64,000 bases of DNA from Bacteroidota bacterium (GCA_013288745.1 JABDBG010000003.1:1207-65206); one strand, 5' to 3'; shown: positions 49,222-59,253, counted from the first letter of the stretch. Notes: generated by a model not told the origin, from the sequence alone. Made by a program: numbers and translations.

Positions 49222-49935
49222 TTAATCTTCGATATTGGCAGTTTTCAGAAGTTTTGGTAGATCAAGGATCTTTATTTTTTTACCATCAAGCTGGATTATT
49301 TTATCCGTATTAAATTCAGATAAGATGCGGATAACCGATTCAGTTGCGGTACCTACAAAATCTGCAATCTCTTCCCTTGTTAAAGAAACAGCAATGGTAT
49401 TATCTTGTAATAATCCGTAAGTAGCTTTTAAAAACAGCAGCGCTTCGGCTGTTCTTTCCCGAACATTTTTTTGTGATAAGGATACGATCTGTTGTTCTGC
49501 CTGCTTAAGGTCATTGGATAATAATTTCATCATCTCAAAACCAAGCAGCTTATTATTTTCTAATAAAGAATACAATATTTCTTTTGGCAGAAAGCAGACA
49601 GAGCTATCTTCTAATGCAATGGCAGCAGAGTTATAATGCTCGCCCGATAATAAAGCCCTGTATCCTAAAATATCACCTGCTTTAGATAAACGCAGTATTT
49701 GTTCTTTACCATCGATACCGGCAGTCGTTAATTTTATTTTCCCCTGGTTAACGCAGAATAATCCGAATGGCACTCCGTTCTCATTAAAGATAGACTGACC
49801 TTTTTTAAAATGAACACATGACTTATGTTCATTCATTTCTTCCAGCTGCGTTCCTTTTAATTCTTTGAATACAGATGATAAACGTGCATCGCAAAAATTA
49901 CAATTTAATGTTGCTCCTAGATTTTTCATTGCCAA
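49222..49935 (-). CDS. Crp/Fnr-family transcriptional regulator
   Basis: N-terminal CNFC, cNMP-binding domain, HTH LTREEIADFVGTATESVIRILSEF. Confidence 0.93.
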   Translation of the reverse strand: MAMKNLGATLNCNFCDARLSSVFKELKGTQLEEMNEHKSCVHFKKGQSIFNENGVPFGLFCVNQGKIKLTTAGIDGKEQILRLSKAGDILGYRALLSGEHYNSAAIALEDSSVCFLPKEILYSLLENNKLLGFEMMKLLSNDLKQAEQQIVSLSQKNVRERTAEALLFLKATYGLLQDNTIAVSLTREEIADFVGTATESVIRILSEFNTDKIIQLDGKKIKILDLPKLLKTANIED

Positions 49936-49960
49936 TCAATTAAAAGAATAAAGCACAAAT

Positions 49961-51208
49961 TTACGCTTTCTCTTCCCATATCATACTTAAGTGTACAATT
50001 GTTTCAGCAGCCTTTGCCATATCCCCGGTACCGACCCATTCTAATTTACTATGTATATTCTGCATGCCCGTAAAAATATTCGGACAAGGCAATCCCATGT
50101 AACTTAGCCTGCTACCATCTGTACCGCCGCGAATGCTTTCTTTTATAATGCTAAGACCTGCCCTTCTAATCGCTTCTTCCGCGTATGCAACAACCTGCGG
50201 ATGCTGGTCTAATATTTCCTTCATGTTACGATATTGCTCGCGAATCATATATTCCATTGTTGCGCCGGGGAATTTATTGATCACTTCTGTTGCAATCGCT
50301 TTTAATCTTGCATGGTGTTTTTCCAAACCGCTTACAGTAAAATCTCTGACAAGAAATTGCAAAGTTGCTTTTTCTGCGATACCGTTCATTCCTACAGGAT
50401 GTACAAAACCTTCGCGCAATGCCGTTGTTTCAGGGCTCCATTCATTTTTTGGTAAAGCATCTAAAATAGCACCGGCAACTTTTAAAGCGTTTACTAATTT
50501 ATTTTTTGCATAGCCCGGATGAACGATCACGCCTTCTATAATAATGTTGGCTCCATCTGCGCTAAATGTTTCATCTTCTAAACTTCCGGCTTCGCCGCCA
50601 TCCATTGTATAACCGAACTGCGCTCCTATTTTTTGCATATCTATCTTAGCGGTACCCTGACCAACTTCTTCATCAGGTGTAAAAACAATTTTTATATCGC
50701 CATGTTTTATTTCAGGATGTTGAACTAAATAAACTGCTGCCTGCATAATACAGGCAACACCTGCTTTATCATCTGCACCTAGTAGTGTTGCTCCGCTTGC
50801 GGTAATGATGTCACCATTAATATGTTGTAATAGATAAGGAGATTTACTTGCTTTTAAAATTTGTGTAGTATCATCCGGCAACACTATATCTTTTCCATCA
50901 TAATTTTTATGAAGAATGGGCTTTACGTTAGTTCCGCTGCAATCAGGCGCCGTATCAACATGCGAACAAAAACAAATGGCAGAAATATTTTTTTTACTAC
51001 TGTTAGATGGAATACTTGCATACACATATCCATATTCATCTGTTTCAGCTTTTAAGCCAAGCGCAAGTAATTCTTTATATAATAATTTGCTAAGGTCTTT
51101 TTGCTTTTCAGTTGTTGGATGTTGCTGGCTTTCAGGATCACTCTGCGTATCTATTTTTACATAACGCATGAAACGTTCTGCGACTTCATCAGGATTTATC
51201 TTGATCAT
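49961..51208 (-). CDS. pepT: Peptidase T
   Basis: RFMRYVKIDTQS, SHVDT, LGADDKAG, TPDEEVG, IRGGTDG. Confidence 0.95.
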   Translation of the reverse strand: MIKINPDEVAERFMRYVKIDTQSDPESQQHPTTEKQKDLSKLLYKELLALGLKAETDEYGYVYASIPSNSSKKNISAICFCSHVDTAPDCSGTNVKPILHKNYDGKDIVLPDDTTQILKASKSPYLLQHINGDIITASGATLLGADDKAGVACIMQAAVYLVQHPEIKHGDIKIVFTPDEEVGQGTAKIDMQKIGAQFGYTMDGGEAGSLEDETFSADGANIIIEGVIVHPGYAKNKLVNALKVAGAILDALPKNEWSPETTALREGFVHPVGMNGIAEKATLQFLVRDFTVSGLEKHHARLKAIATEVINKFPGATMEYMIREQYRNMKEILDQHPQVVAYAEEAIRRAGLSIIKESIRGGTDGSRLSYMGLPCPNIFTGMQNIHSKLEWVGTGDMAKAAETIVHLSMIWEEKA

Positions 51209-51218
51209 AATTAAAAGA

Positions 51219-51285
51219 GACGACCGACGACTGGCAACCGACCATCGAAATTTTATCGGTCGTCAGTGGTCAGTCGTCGGTCGTC
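51219..51285. repeat. Heptamer-repeat hairpin (GACGACC/T units)
   Basis: GACGACCGACGACTG (51219-51233) is a perfect inverted repeat of CAGTCGTCGGTCGTC (51271-51285). Confidence 0.85.
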
Positions 51286-51295
51286 AGTATTTTGT

Positions 51296-51724
51296 TTAAG
51301 CTATTTCTACCAATTCGATATCGAACACTAATTCTTTCCCGGCTAAAAAATGATTGGCATCCAAAATAACCACATCATCTTTAACATCTACCACAACAAC
51401 AGGAACAGGTTGGCCTTGTTGATTGCTCAATGTTAATTGCATACCCGGTTCTAATTTCATATCTGCAGGTACATTCTCTTTGGGGAATTCGATGATCGCA
51501 TCGTCATTCTTTTCTCCATAAGCATCCGCAGCAGGAATGTTAACGGTTTTCTTTTGACCGATCGTCATACCCGGCATTGCATCATCAAAGCCTTTGATCA
51601 TTTGTCCGGCACCAACTGTAAATTCTAACGGTTCTCTCCCAACAGAAGAATCGAATTGTTCGCCGTTTGTTAATTTACCTGTGTAATGTACTTTTACCAG
51701 GTCTCCTGCTTTTACTTGAGCCAT
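51296..51724 (-). CDS. FKBP-type peptidyl-prolyl isomerase (SlyD/SlpA-like)
   Basis: VKVHYTGKL..GEQFDSS, GQMIKGF, AYG, LDANHFLAGKELVFDIEL. Confidence 0.93.
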   Translation of the reverse strand: MAQVKAGDLVKVHYTGKLTNGEQFDSSVGREPLEFTVGAGQMIKGFDDAMPGMTIGQKKTVNIPAADAYGEKNDDAIIEFPKENVPADMKLEPGMQLTLSNQQGQPVPVVVVDVKDDVVILDANHFLAGKELVFDIELVEIA

Positions 51725-51751
51725 TGTTTATAAATTTTAATTTTTTTATAA

Positions 51752-51888
51752 TTAACCGGTATGTCTTTTACCAGTCCCGACAGCTATCGGGAATCGCGCC
51801 GTTTCCACGCAATTTTTAGCAATTTATATATTTAATGCCATTTGTCCGAATTAAAAAACCACGGCGCACATTAGATTTGACCGATTAA
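51752..51888 (-). other. Candidate structured leader or ncRNA upstream of the FKBP gene
   Basis: Nested complementary segments 51752-51760/51880-51888 and 51796-51802/51861-51867, plus a hairpin at 51775-51792. Confidence 0.4.
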
Positions 51889-51940
51889 CAGGATTGTTGG
51901 AATTTAGCGGCTGACTATCAATTAATTCAAATCTTCGAAA

Positions 51941-53161
51941 TTGAAAAAAACAGTCTTATTTACACTACTTATTACACTAAGCGTTACAGGCTTTTGCCAG
52001 CATATGACCCAGATTATTCCGGGTGCAGAAAGACTGGAATTGTACCTGCCTTTACTTAAGGGTAAATCTGTAGCGGTGTTTGCCAACCAGACATCCATGG
52101 TAAAGAATAGCAGTTTGGTAGATACTTTATTAAGCAGGGGAATAAACATTGTAAAAATATTTGGACCTGAACATGGCTTCCGCGGCGATGCCGATGCAGG
52201 TGAAGAATTTGGTAATATGGTAGATAAAAAAACAGGTATCCCAATTGTGAGTTTATATGGTGTACACAAAAAACCAACGCCGGAAGATCTGAAAGATGTT
52301 GATGTGATTGTCTTTGATGTACAGGATGTCGGTATACGTTTTTACACTTTCATTTCCTCGCTGGAATATTGCTTAGATGCAGCGTTCGAAAATCACAAAC
52401 AATTTATATTACTTGACAGACCAAACCCAAATGGATTTTATGTTGACGGACCTGTATTGGATCCGAAATTCAAAAGTTTTGTAGGTATGCAACCTGTGCC
52501 AATTGTATATGGTATGACGATGGGAGAATATGCAACAATGTTAATCGGAGAAAAATGGTTATCGGCTGAAGCAAATAAAAATATTCCGAAAAAAGATACG
52601 CCGCGCTGTTTTATTGTTATCAAATGTAAAAATTACGATCATAACAGCAGATACATTTTGCCCGTAATGCCTTCTCCCAATCTAAAAGAGATGCAGGCTA
52701 TTTATACCTATCCTTCTACTTGTTTTTTTGAAGGAACAGCTATGAGTGAAGGTCGTGGTACAGATAAACCATTTGAAATATTTGGCCATCCAACTTTGCC
52801 CGATACATTATATTCATTTACACCAAAGCCCAATGCCGGTGCAAAAAGCAGCAAATGTTTTTACCAGCAATGTTATGGATGGAATATTTCAGGATCAACA
52901 GAAGAAGTATTAAAAAAATTAGATGGTAAAATACAATTGAAATACCTATTGACTGCTTATCAATTATTTCCCGGAAAAGACAGTTTCTTTTTAAAAACAA
53001 ATTTCTTTAATAGCCTGGCGGGAAATGATATTTTAATCAAACAGGTAAAAGACGGCAAGACGGAAACTGAAATAAAAAAAAGCTGGGAACCTGCACTGGA
53101 CAATTTTAAAAAGATCAGAAAAAAATATTTATTGTACAAAGATTTCACTTCACCTAATTAG
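51941..53161 (+). CDS. Exo-beta-N-acetylmuramidase NamZ family (DUF1343)
   Basis: NQTS, FGPEHGFRG, DVQDVGIRFYT, LDRPNP, PSPNL, SEGRGT. Confidence 0.92.
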   Translation: MKKTVLFTLLITLSVTGFCQHMTQIIPGAERLELYLPLLKGKSVAVFANQTSMVKNSSLVDTLLSRGINIVKIFGPEHGFRGDADAGEEFGNMVDKKTGIPIVSLYGVHKKPTPEDLKDVDVIVFDVQDVGIRFYTFISSLEYCLDAAFENHKQFILLDRPNPNGFYVDGPVLDPKFKSFVGMQPVPIVYGMTMGEYATMLIGEKWLSAEANKNIPKKDTPRCFIVIKCKNYDHNSRYILPVMPSPNLKEMQAIYTYPSTCFFEGTAMSEGRGTDKPFEIFGHPTLPDTLYSFTPKPNAGAKSSKCFYQQCYGWNISGSTEEVLKKLDGKIQLKYLLTAYQLFPGKDSFFLKTNFFNSLAGNDILIKQVKDGKTETEIKKSWEPALDNFKKIRKKYLLYKDFTSPN

Positions 53162-53163
53162 AA

Positions 53164-54153
53164 ATGATCGAAGCAAAGATACCAACACCAAATATGGAGA
53201 ATACTGTTCACTTTCCACTCGGACAAAAGAAAGGATTGAGAATAATTTTTATGGGCACGCCTGAGTTTGCAGTTGCTTCATTAAATAAATTAGTGGAAGC
53301 AGGTTGTAATATTATAGGCGTGATAACCGCTCCTGATAAAGCGGCGGGTCGTGGTATGGAGCTACAACAGAGTGCCGTAAAAAAATACGCACTTGAAAAA
53401 GGACTCCATATTTTACAACCCGAGAAATTAAAGAACACCCGGTTTTTAGAAGAATTAAGATCATTACAGGCAGATCTTCAAATTGTAGTTGCCTTTAGAA
53501 TGCTACCTGAAATTGTATGGAGTATGCCGCCATTAGGCACTATCAATCTACACGGATCCCTATTGCCACAATACCGTGGCGCTGCGCCGATCAACTGGGC
53601 CATCATCAATGGAGAAAAAGAAACAGGCGTAACAACATTTAAACTACAGCAGGAAATTGATACCGGTGATATTTTATTAGCAGAAAAAATAACCATCCGC
53701 GATGATGAAAATGCGGGCGAGCTGCATGATGAAATGAAAGAAATTGGCGCCGCACTTTTATTAAAAACAGTAAAAGGATTTGTTGAGGGCAGTCTAAAAG
53801 AAACGCCGCAAGTTCAGTCGGCCGATCCGAAACATGCACCAAAAATATTTACCGAGACCTGCAAAATCGATTGGAACAAATCCGTTGATGAAGTATATAA
53901 TCTGATTAGGGGTTTAGCGCCTTATCCGGCAGCTTTTACTTTTTTAGATGAGAAAAAATTAAAGATCTACAAAGCAAGCAAAGAATTATCTATTACAAGT
54001 AAAGTGGGCGAATATAAAACTGACAAGAAAACAAATCTACAATTTGCTTGCACAGATGGTTGTATTAATATACTCGAATTACAATTAGAAGGAAAAAAGA
54101 AAATGAACGTTGAAGATTTTTTGAGGGGTTATCATTTTTCAGAAAACAAATAA
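53164..54153 (+). CDS. fmt: Methionyl-tRNA formyltransferase
   Basis: IIFMGTPEFA, NLHGSLLPQYRGAAPINWA, DTGD; exact start uncertain. Confidence 0.96.
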   Translation: MIEAKIPTPNMENTVHFPLGQKKGLRIIFMGTPEFAVASLNKLVEAGCNIIGVITAPDKAAGRGMELQQSAVKKYALEKGLHILQPEKLKNTRFLEELRSLQADLQIVVAFRMLPEIVWSMPPLGTINLHGSLLPQYRGAAPINWAIINGEKETGVTTFKLQQEIDTGDILLAEKITIRDDENAGELHDEMKEIGAALLLKTVKGFVEGSLKETPQVQSADPKHAPKIFTETCKIDWNKSVDEVYNLIRGLAPYPAAFTFLDEKKLKIYKASKELSITSKVGEYKTDKKTNLQFACTDGCINILELQLEGKKKMNVEDFLRGYHFSENK

Positions 54154-54738
54154 TTATTTACTCCACTTGATCTTATCAGCTAATGGTATAACGCGCCTGC
54201 CTTTATGGTCTGTATCGGTATAACCTAAATAGATCATTCCCATTACAACATCTTCATTTCGCAAATGCAATAACTCTTTCATTGAGTAATGATGTACCAT
54301 CCCGCCGGTTGACCAGAAAGAAGCGATTCCTAATGCTGTTGCACCCAATAAAATATTTTGTATAGCGCTTGAAACCGCTGCTTCCTCTTCCATCACTGGA
54401 ACTTTAGGCAAAGCGCCACGCTGCATAACGGTCATAATAACATGCGAAGCTGTATCTCCGTTATGCAAAAATTTATCGTAATTGGCTTGTAAATATTTTT
54501 CCGGGTCAGTATTTTTTTTGTACAATTCTGCATGTTGTGCGCAGAATGTTTTTATAGCGTTACCACTATACACAAAAAAACGCCAGGGTTCGGTATTGCC
54601 ATGTGTAGGTGCCCAATCGGCCAGTTCTAATAACTTTTGTACCTGGGCATCAGGAATTAATTTACCATTCATCTGAGCCGGCTTCGTACTCCTGCGATGT
54701 TTAATTACACCTGCTATTATTGAAAAAGAATTATCCAT
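54154..54738 (-). CDS. Nitroreductase family protein (YdjA-like)
   Basis: RRS, WAPTHGNTEPWRF, QNILLGA, IYLGY; likely start ATG 54738. Confidence 0.9.
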   Translation of the reverse strand: MDNSFSIIAGVIKHRRSTKPAQMNGKLIPDAQVQKLLELADWAPTHGNTEPWRFFVYSGNAIKTFCAQHAELYKKNTDPEKYLQANYDKFLHNGDTASHVIMTVMQRGALPKVPVMEEEAAVSSAIQNILLGATALGIASFWSTGGMVHHYSMKELLHLRNEDVVMGMIYLGYTDTDHKGRRVIPLADKIKWSK

Positions 54739-54739
54739 A

Positions 54740-55840
54740 CTATTTATAATAAGTAACGGTACAATCAAATTTTACATCTGTAACGCCTAACTCCTGTGCC
54801 GCTGAATTACTGATGCGAAGCATAATACCCGTGTTCTGTTTCATATCAGGCATCGCGTCTAATACTTTTGCGTAGATGATTTTGCCGGTTGTATTATCAG
54901 CGATCTTAACGATAGATCCCGCTTGTGCGCCATCATACAAACAATAATATTTTCCATCCTGCCATCCGCTATTGCTCTTAAAAATTGCCGCATCACCTTT
55001 TTCATCTTCCGTTCCGTTTTTGCCCGGATGCTTATCATAATCTGTTTTGAATGCCCCTCCATAAAAACCGGTAAAATTTGCGTGGGCTTCATCATTTTTA
55101 AACGTAGGTGTTGCGCCTGTTGAAGGTTGAGGCGTTGCGGGCATTTCTGCATCTTCGGGTTTAGTTGTTGGCGCAACTGTTTTTGTTACAGGTGGTGGCG
55201 CACTTTTAGTAACAGTAGTCGTCATTAGAGGCTCAGCTTTTGCAACTGGTACAGGAGCTTCTTCTTCTGTTGTTTTATCTTCTTTTGTAATAACTGTTGC
55301 TGTTGTAGTCGTTTTTACTGCTGGCTGTGCTATTGCTGCTTTTACCTGGTCAAGCGTTAGTCCGGGTGTAGTTGCAAAAAGAGATAAGTCTTTTTTCACT
55401 TTTAAATACCCAATGATCAAAGGCGTTCCGGCAGGTACGCCATCTGTAGTTACATTGTTCCATTTTTTTACCGTTACGATCGGCACTTTGTTATTATTAA
55501 CGCTGATACGATAAAAACCTTCTTTTTCATGCACTACATAATACACAGGTATTAGTACTTCATCTGCACCAGGATTACCCGACTGTAAAAAATTATTATC
55601 CGTTAAAGGGATCATGATCGTTTGTCCGAGTGATAAACCAGATTCCAGTTTTAAATTATTGAAAGGGGCTATTTCTTTCGGACTGATATTATATAAACGG
55701 CCAATACTGTAATAATTTTCTTTCGCAATTACTGTATGGTTCAGGTATAATTTAGGAGCTGAGCCCTGCACCAGCAAAGGCTGATTTTGTGCTATAACGA
55801 TTAGTGGCAAGCAAAATAAAAAAAATAGTAAATGCTTCAT
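54740..55840 (-). CDS. Exported LysM-domain protein
   Basis: Signal peptide, two LysM repeats, Thr/Pro linker, C-terminal DPBB-like domain. Confidence 0.85.
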   Translation of the reverse strand: MKHLLFFLFCLPLIVIAQNQPLLVQGSAPKLYLNHTVIAKENYYSIGRLYNISPKEIAPFNNLKLESGLSLGQTIMIPLTDNNFLQSGNPGADEVLIPVYYVVHEKEGFYRISVNNNKVPIVTVKKWNNVTTDGVPAGTPLIIGYLKVKKDLSLFATTPGLTLDQVKAAIAQPAVKTTTTATVITKEDKTTEEEAPVPVAKAEPLMTTTVTKSAPPPVTKTVAPTTKPEDAEMPATPQPSTGATPTFKNDEAHANFTGFYGGAFKTDYDKHPGKNGTEDEKGDAAIFKSNSGWQDGKYYCLYDGAQAGSIVKIADNTTGKIIYAKVLDAMPDMKQNTGIMLRISNSAAQELGVTDVKFDCTVTYYK

Positions 55841-55896
55841 TGGTAATAAATTTCGTCTTTACAAAGATGGGGAATTTTGTTGGTTAGCCATTATTA

Positions 55897-57273
55897 TTAC
55901 TTATGCAAAATACGCCACTCTTTGGGGTAATAATTATTGACCCTGTTGGGCAGAATTTTAACCCAGCCTATAGGTAATTGCTGGTAAGTTAATAGCACCC
56001 AGCCTTTTTCGGTTGATTCTAATTTGATCTCTTCTCTTCTCAGATATTGAAGGGCTGTTTCCTTATCAACTGCCAGTGTGGGTATGTCAGCAGCGATAAT
56101 GGTACTTAAAGCCAATTCATGATCCGGTATTAACTGATCGCGAATGATGGACCCCAATTTTACGCCGGCTTTTTTTATATATAAAGCAGACTGTAATATG
56201 GCCAGCTCATCAGCAAATTGAGCAGGTATTGCCAATACTTCTTCTTTTAATTTAATGAAAGAGAAATCTTGCGGATTTTTTAATAAAGGCTTAAGTATTT
56301 CTACTTCTTTTTCAGATATTTTTTCTGTTTTATTGCGCGGTTTGTTAATACGCCTTTCTGTTTCACCCATATCGCTTTTTTTGAAAGCGGCAATAAAAAA
56401 ACCTTCGCCTTTTAATTTATCAGGATAAAAACGATAACCATAGGCTTTATGTAATTCAGATATTGTTTCAATAATATTCCAGTCGGGATGCAAAAAATAT
56501 TTGACCGAAGCAAGGTGACAATCATTCACTAACCAATCGCAAATTTCTTCGTCCTCCTCTTTTGAATAAGAACAGGTTGAATAAATTAATACGCCGCCTT
56601 CTTTTAAAGCCGGTAATATATCAGCCAATATCCTTTGCTGGCGCTGATGGCAGAGCTGTACATTTTGCTCACTCCATTCTGTGATCGCTTCAGGGTCTTT
56701 TCGAAATAATCCACTTCCGCTGCAAGGTGCATCTACAACGATCACATCAAAGTAACTTTCTAAGCGTTGAAAATCTTTTGGGTCGTTGTTGGTTACCACA
56801 ACATTAGTGGTGCCCCATTTTGTAATATTTTCTGATAAAATGCTTGCTCTTGTTTTGATCACTTCATTACTTACCAATAAGCTGGAATCGGAAATAATCG
56901 ATTGTATCAAAGTTGATTTACCACCCGGTGCAGCGCAGAGATCTAATATTTTTATGGGTTGAGATAGATCGACCGTTTGCTTTAGCGCTTCTTCCAAAAA
57001 CATACTGCTGGCTTCCTGAACATAGTAGGCGCCAGCATGTATTAATGGATCTGTGATAAATGACGGACGGACGGGAAGATAGTAACCGTAGTTGTTCCAG
57101 GGAACTTTTTCCAATGGAGCATCGAAAATTGAAGATTGAACATTGAACATTTTTTTCGGGTTCAATCTTACCGAAGTTATTTGCTCGCCCGATGCATGTA
57201 CTTTTTCGAAGGCTTCTTTATCGAAGCCGGGAATTTTATCTAATGATCGTACAAGTGATTGGGGTAGCGACAA
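55897..57273 (-). CDS. RsmF/RsmB-family rRNA m5C methyltransferase
   Basis: YYVQEASSM, DLCAAPGGKS, DAPCSGSG, YSTCS. Confidence 0.92.
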   Translation of the reverse strand: MSLPQSLVRSLDKIPGFDKEAFEKVHASGEQITSVRLNPKKMFNVQSSIFDAPLEKVPWNNYGYYLPVRPSFITDPLIHAGAYYVQEASSMFLEEALKQTVDLSQPIKILDLCAAPGGKSTLIQSIISDSSLLVSNEVIKTRASILSENITKWGTTNVVVTNNDPKDFQRLESYFDVIVVDAPCSGSGLFRKDPEAITEWSEQNVQLCHQRQQRILADILPALKEGGVLIYSTCSYSKEEDEEICDWLVNDCHLASVKYFLHPDWNIIETISELHKAYGYRFYPDKLKGEGFFIAAFKKSDMGETERRINKPRNKTEKISEKEVEILKPLLKNPQDFSFIKLKEEVLAIPAQFADELAILQSALYIKKAGVKLGSIIRDQLIPDHELALSTIIAADIPTLAVDKETALQYLRREEIKLESTEKGWVLLTYQQLPIGWVKILPNRVNNYYPKEWRILHK

Positions 57274-57284
57274 ATATTTTTATT

Positions 57285-57584
57285 TTATGCTGCGTCATAA
57301 ATAACAACCTTCTCGAAGTATTGTTTAAAGCTTTCTAAAAATGCTTTGTGTACCGGATGTGTTTGGTAAACATCATGACCCGCAAGGTCATCGAAAATTA
57401 TCACTAATGAGAAGGTATATGTTGTATCAACAACCGGACGATTGATCGAAGTAACCGGCGTGCCTACATACACAGCCTGTGCTGTTGGTACGCCCGTTAA
57501 AGATTCTAGGCCTTTTTCGAAAGCTGCTTTTTGTTCTGCTGTTGTTTCAGGTTTAACCCAAAATAATACGTGGTGAAGTAACAT
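57285..57584 (-). CDS. Dabb (stress-responsive A/B barrel) protein
   Basis: HHVLFW, F..L..HDVYQTHPVH, VIYD. Confidence 0.88.
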   Translation of the reverse strand: MLLHHVLFWVKPETTAEQKAAFEKGLESLTGVPTAQAVYVGTPVTSINRPVVDTTYTFSLVIIFDDLAGHDVYQTHPVHKAFLESFKQYFEKVVIYDAA

Positions 57585-57695
57585 GTAATTGACTATCTAT
57601 TTAAATGTTTGAAATTTTTATTTGCTGCGCGAAGGTATGCAGTACAAGTGAGTGACACAACGATGTTGCACAAAGAACAAATGCCGATATAAAAA

Positions 57696-59150
57696 TTAAA
57701 TCGCTTTTACTTCTGCGCAAAGATCCTGTAATACTTTTTTTGCATCGCCAAACAACATAGAAGTTTTCGGTTGAAAGAAAAGATCATTTTCGATACCGGC
57801 ATAACCAGGCTTCATGCTACGTTTATTGACGATCACATTTTTAGCTTGTTCTACTTCCAATATCGGCATACCGTAAATTGGTGAAGCGGGATCATTTTTT
57901 GCGGCAGGATTCACAACATCATTCGCTCCCAATATCAATACAACATCTGTTGTTTTAAATTCATCGTTGGCCTGTTCCATTTCTAACAACACATCATAGC
58001 TCACATCTGCTTCTGCTAATAATACGTTCATGTGGCCGGGCATACGTCCTGCTACCGGATGGATCGCATATTTTACTTCAACGCCCTTTTCAGTCAATAT
58101 TTTTTCTAACTCATGACAAGTATGCTGCGCCTGTGCTACGGCCAATCCATATCCCGGAACGATCATTACTTTATTTGCATAGCTCATTACCATTGCAGCA
58201 TCGCTTAAACTAATTTCTTTGTAAGCGCCCTGGTCTTTTGATCCACCGGCTGCCGTCGCTTTATTTCCGCCAAAGGAACCAACCAATACATTCACCAATG
58301 AACGGTTCATCGCTTTACACATCAATATTGTTAATAATGTACCTGCCGCACCTACAAGGATACCGCCTGTTAACATTACTTTGTTGTTGTATAAAAACCC
58401 GCCACATGCCGCTGCAACACCTGTGAAAGAGTTCAGCAATGAAATTACAACGGGCATATCTGCGCCCCCGATTGGTAACACAAATAAAACGCCATATACC
58501 AATGCCAAACCAAGTATGCAATACAATAAATAAGACTGCGTAGGATCGATCACTAAATAGGCCCCTGCGCCTATCGCGATCGCCAACAAAACCAGGTTAA
58601 GAATGTTTTGTCCTGGGAAACTAAAATCTTTCACTTTGCCATTTAACTTACCCCATGCGATCATACTTCCTGCGAAAGAAACGGAACCGATAATTAATCC
58701 GATAACGATAATTAAAACGGTTGGTTTAATAACACTAAGATCAACAAGTGAAAGCATGCTGATATGCATGAACGAAGTTTCTACCGGCGCAAGTATCCTT
58801 GATATATGATTGAATTCAACCAAAGAAATTAAAGCAGCACAAGCACCTCCCATTCCGTTAAACAAACTCACCATTTCCGGCATGGAGGTCATCTTAACTT
58901 TTTTTGCTGATAATGTTCCGACAATTCCTCCGATTAATAAACCGCCGAATATCCATATAAAATTATGAAGATGCTGATGTGTTTCTTCGTTACGATATAA
59001 AAAGATCGTTCCTAAAATTGCTACCGTCATACCAAAAGCTGCGACAAGGTTTCCTTTTCTTGCTGTCGCAGGATTGGATAACATTTTTAGTCCAAGTATA
59101 AATGTGATCGAACCGATCAGGTAGCAAATGGTAAGTAAGTTAAGGCCCAT
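57696..59150 (-). CDS. pntB: NAD(P) transhydrogenase beta subunit
   Basis: MPEMVSLFNG, IGGADMPVVISLLNS, PGYGLAVAQAQ, HPVAGRMPGHMN, GANDVVNP; start set at ATG 59150. Confidence 0.96.
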   Translation of the reverse strand: MGLNLLTICYLIGSITFILGLKMLSNPATARKGNLVAAFGMTVAILGTIFLYRNEETHQHLHNFIWIFGGLLIGGIVGTLSAKKVKMTSMPEMVSLFNGMGGACAALISLVEFNHISRILAPVETSFMHISMLSLVDLSVIKPTVLIIVIGLIIGSVSFAGSMIAWGKLNGKVKDFSFPGQNILNLVLLAIAIGAGAYLVIDPTQSYLLYCILGLALVYGVLFVLPIGGADMPVVISLLNSFTGVAAACGGFLYNNKVMLTGGILVGAAGTLLTILMCKAMNRSLVNVLVGSFGGNKATAAGGSKDQGAYKEISLSDAAMVMSYANKVMIVPGYGLAVAQAQHTCHELEKILTEKGVEVKYAIHPVAGRMPGHMNVLLAEADVSYDVLLEMEQANDEFKTTDVVLILGANDVVNPAAKNDPASPIYGMPILEVEQAKNVIVNKRSMKPGYAGIENDLFFQPKTSMLFGDAKKVLQDLCAEVKAI

Positions 59151-59167
59151 TGTAATTATATTTTGTT

Positions 59168-59201
59168 TCGCGCAAAGTCGCAAAGAAGCAAAGTTGCAAA
59201 A
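59168..59201. repeat. Short tandem octamer repeat (GCAAAG core)
   Basis: cgcgcaaag tcgcaaag aagcaaag ttgcaaaa between pntAB and pntB. Confidence 0.6.
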
Positions 59202-59253
59202 GATTAATTCGTGTAATTAGTGAATAAAAATTTGTGTTATAAGCCTACGCTAA

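Noticed and set aside
51808-51870. SAM-II riboswitch (GGTTTT...GCTAAAAA on the minus strand)
   Set aside because: The pseudoknot pairing is not convincing and the downstream gene is unrelated to methionine/SAM metabolism; kept only as an unassigned structured leader.
57640-57686. CAGTACAAGTGAGTGACACAACGATG... possible dispersed repeat between Dabb and pntB
   Set aside because: Only one copy is in the window and it has no clear internal symmetry; a genome-wide search would be needed.
59151-59183. N-terminal extensions in the ORF track (pntB; likewise clpC, thyA, nitroreductase, 26804, 27061)
   Set aside because: The upstream starts run into repeats or neighbouring genes; downstream ATGs match the expected protein starts.
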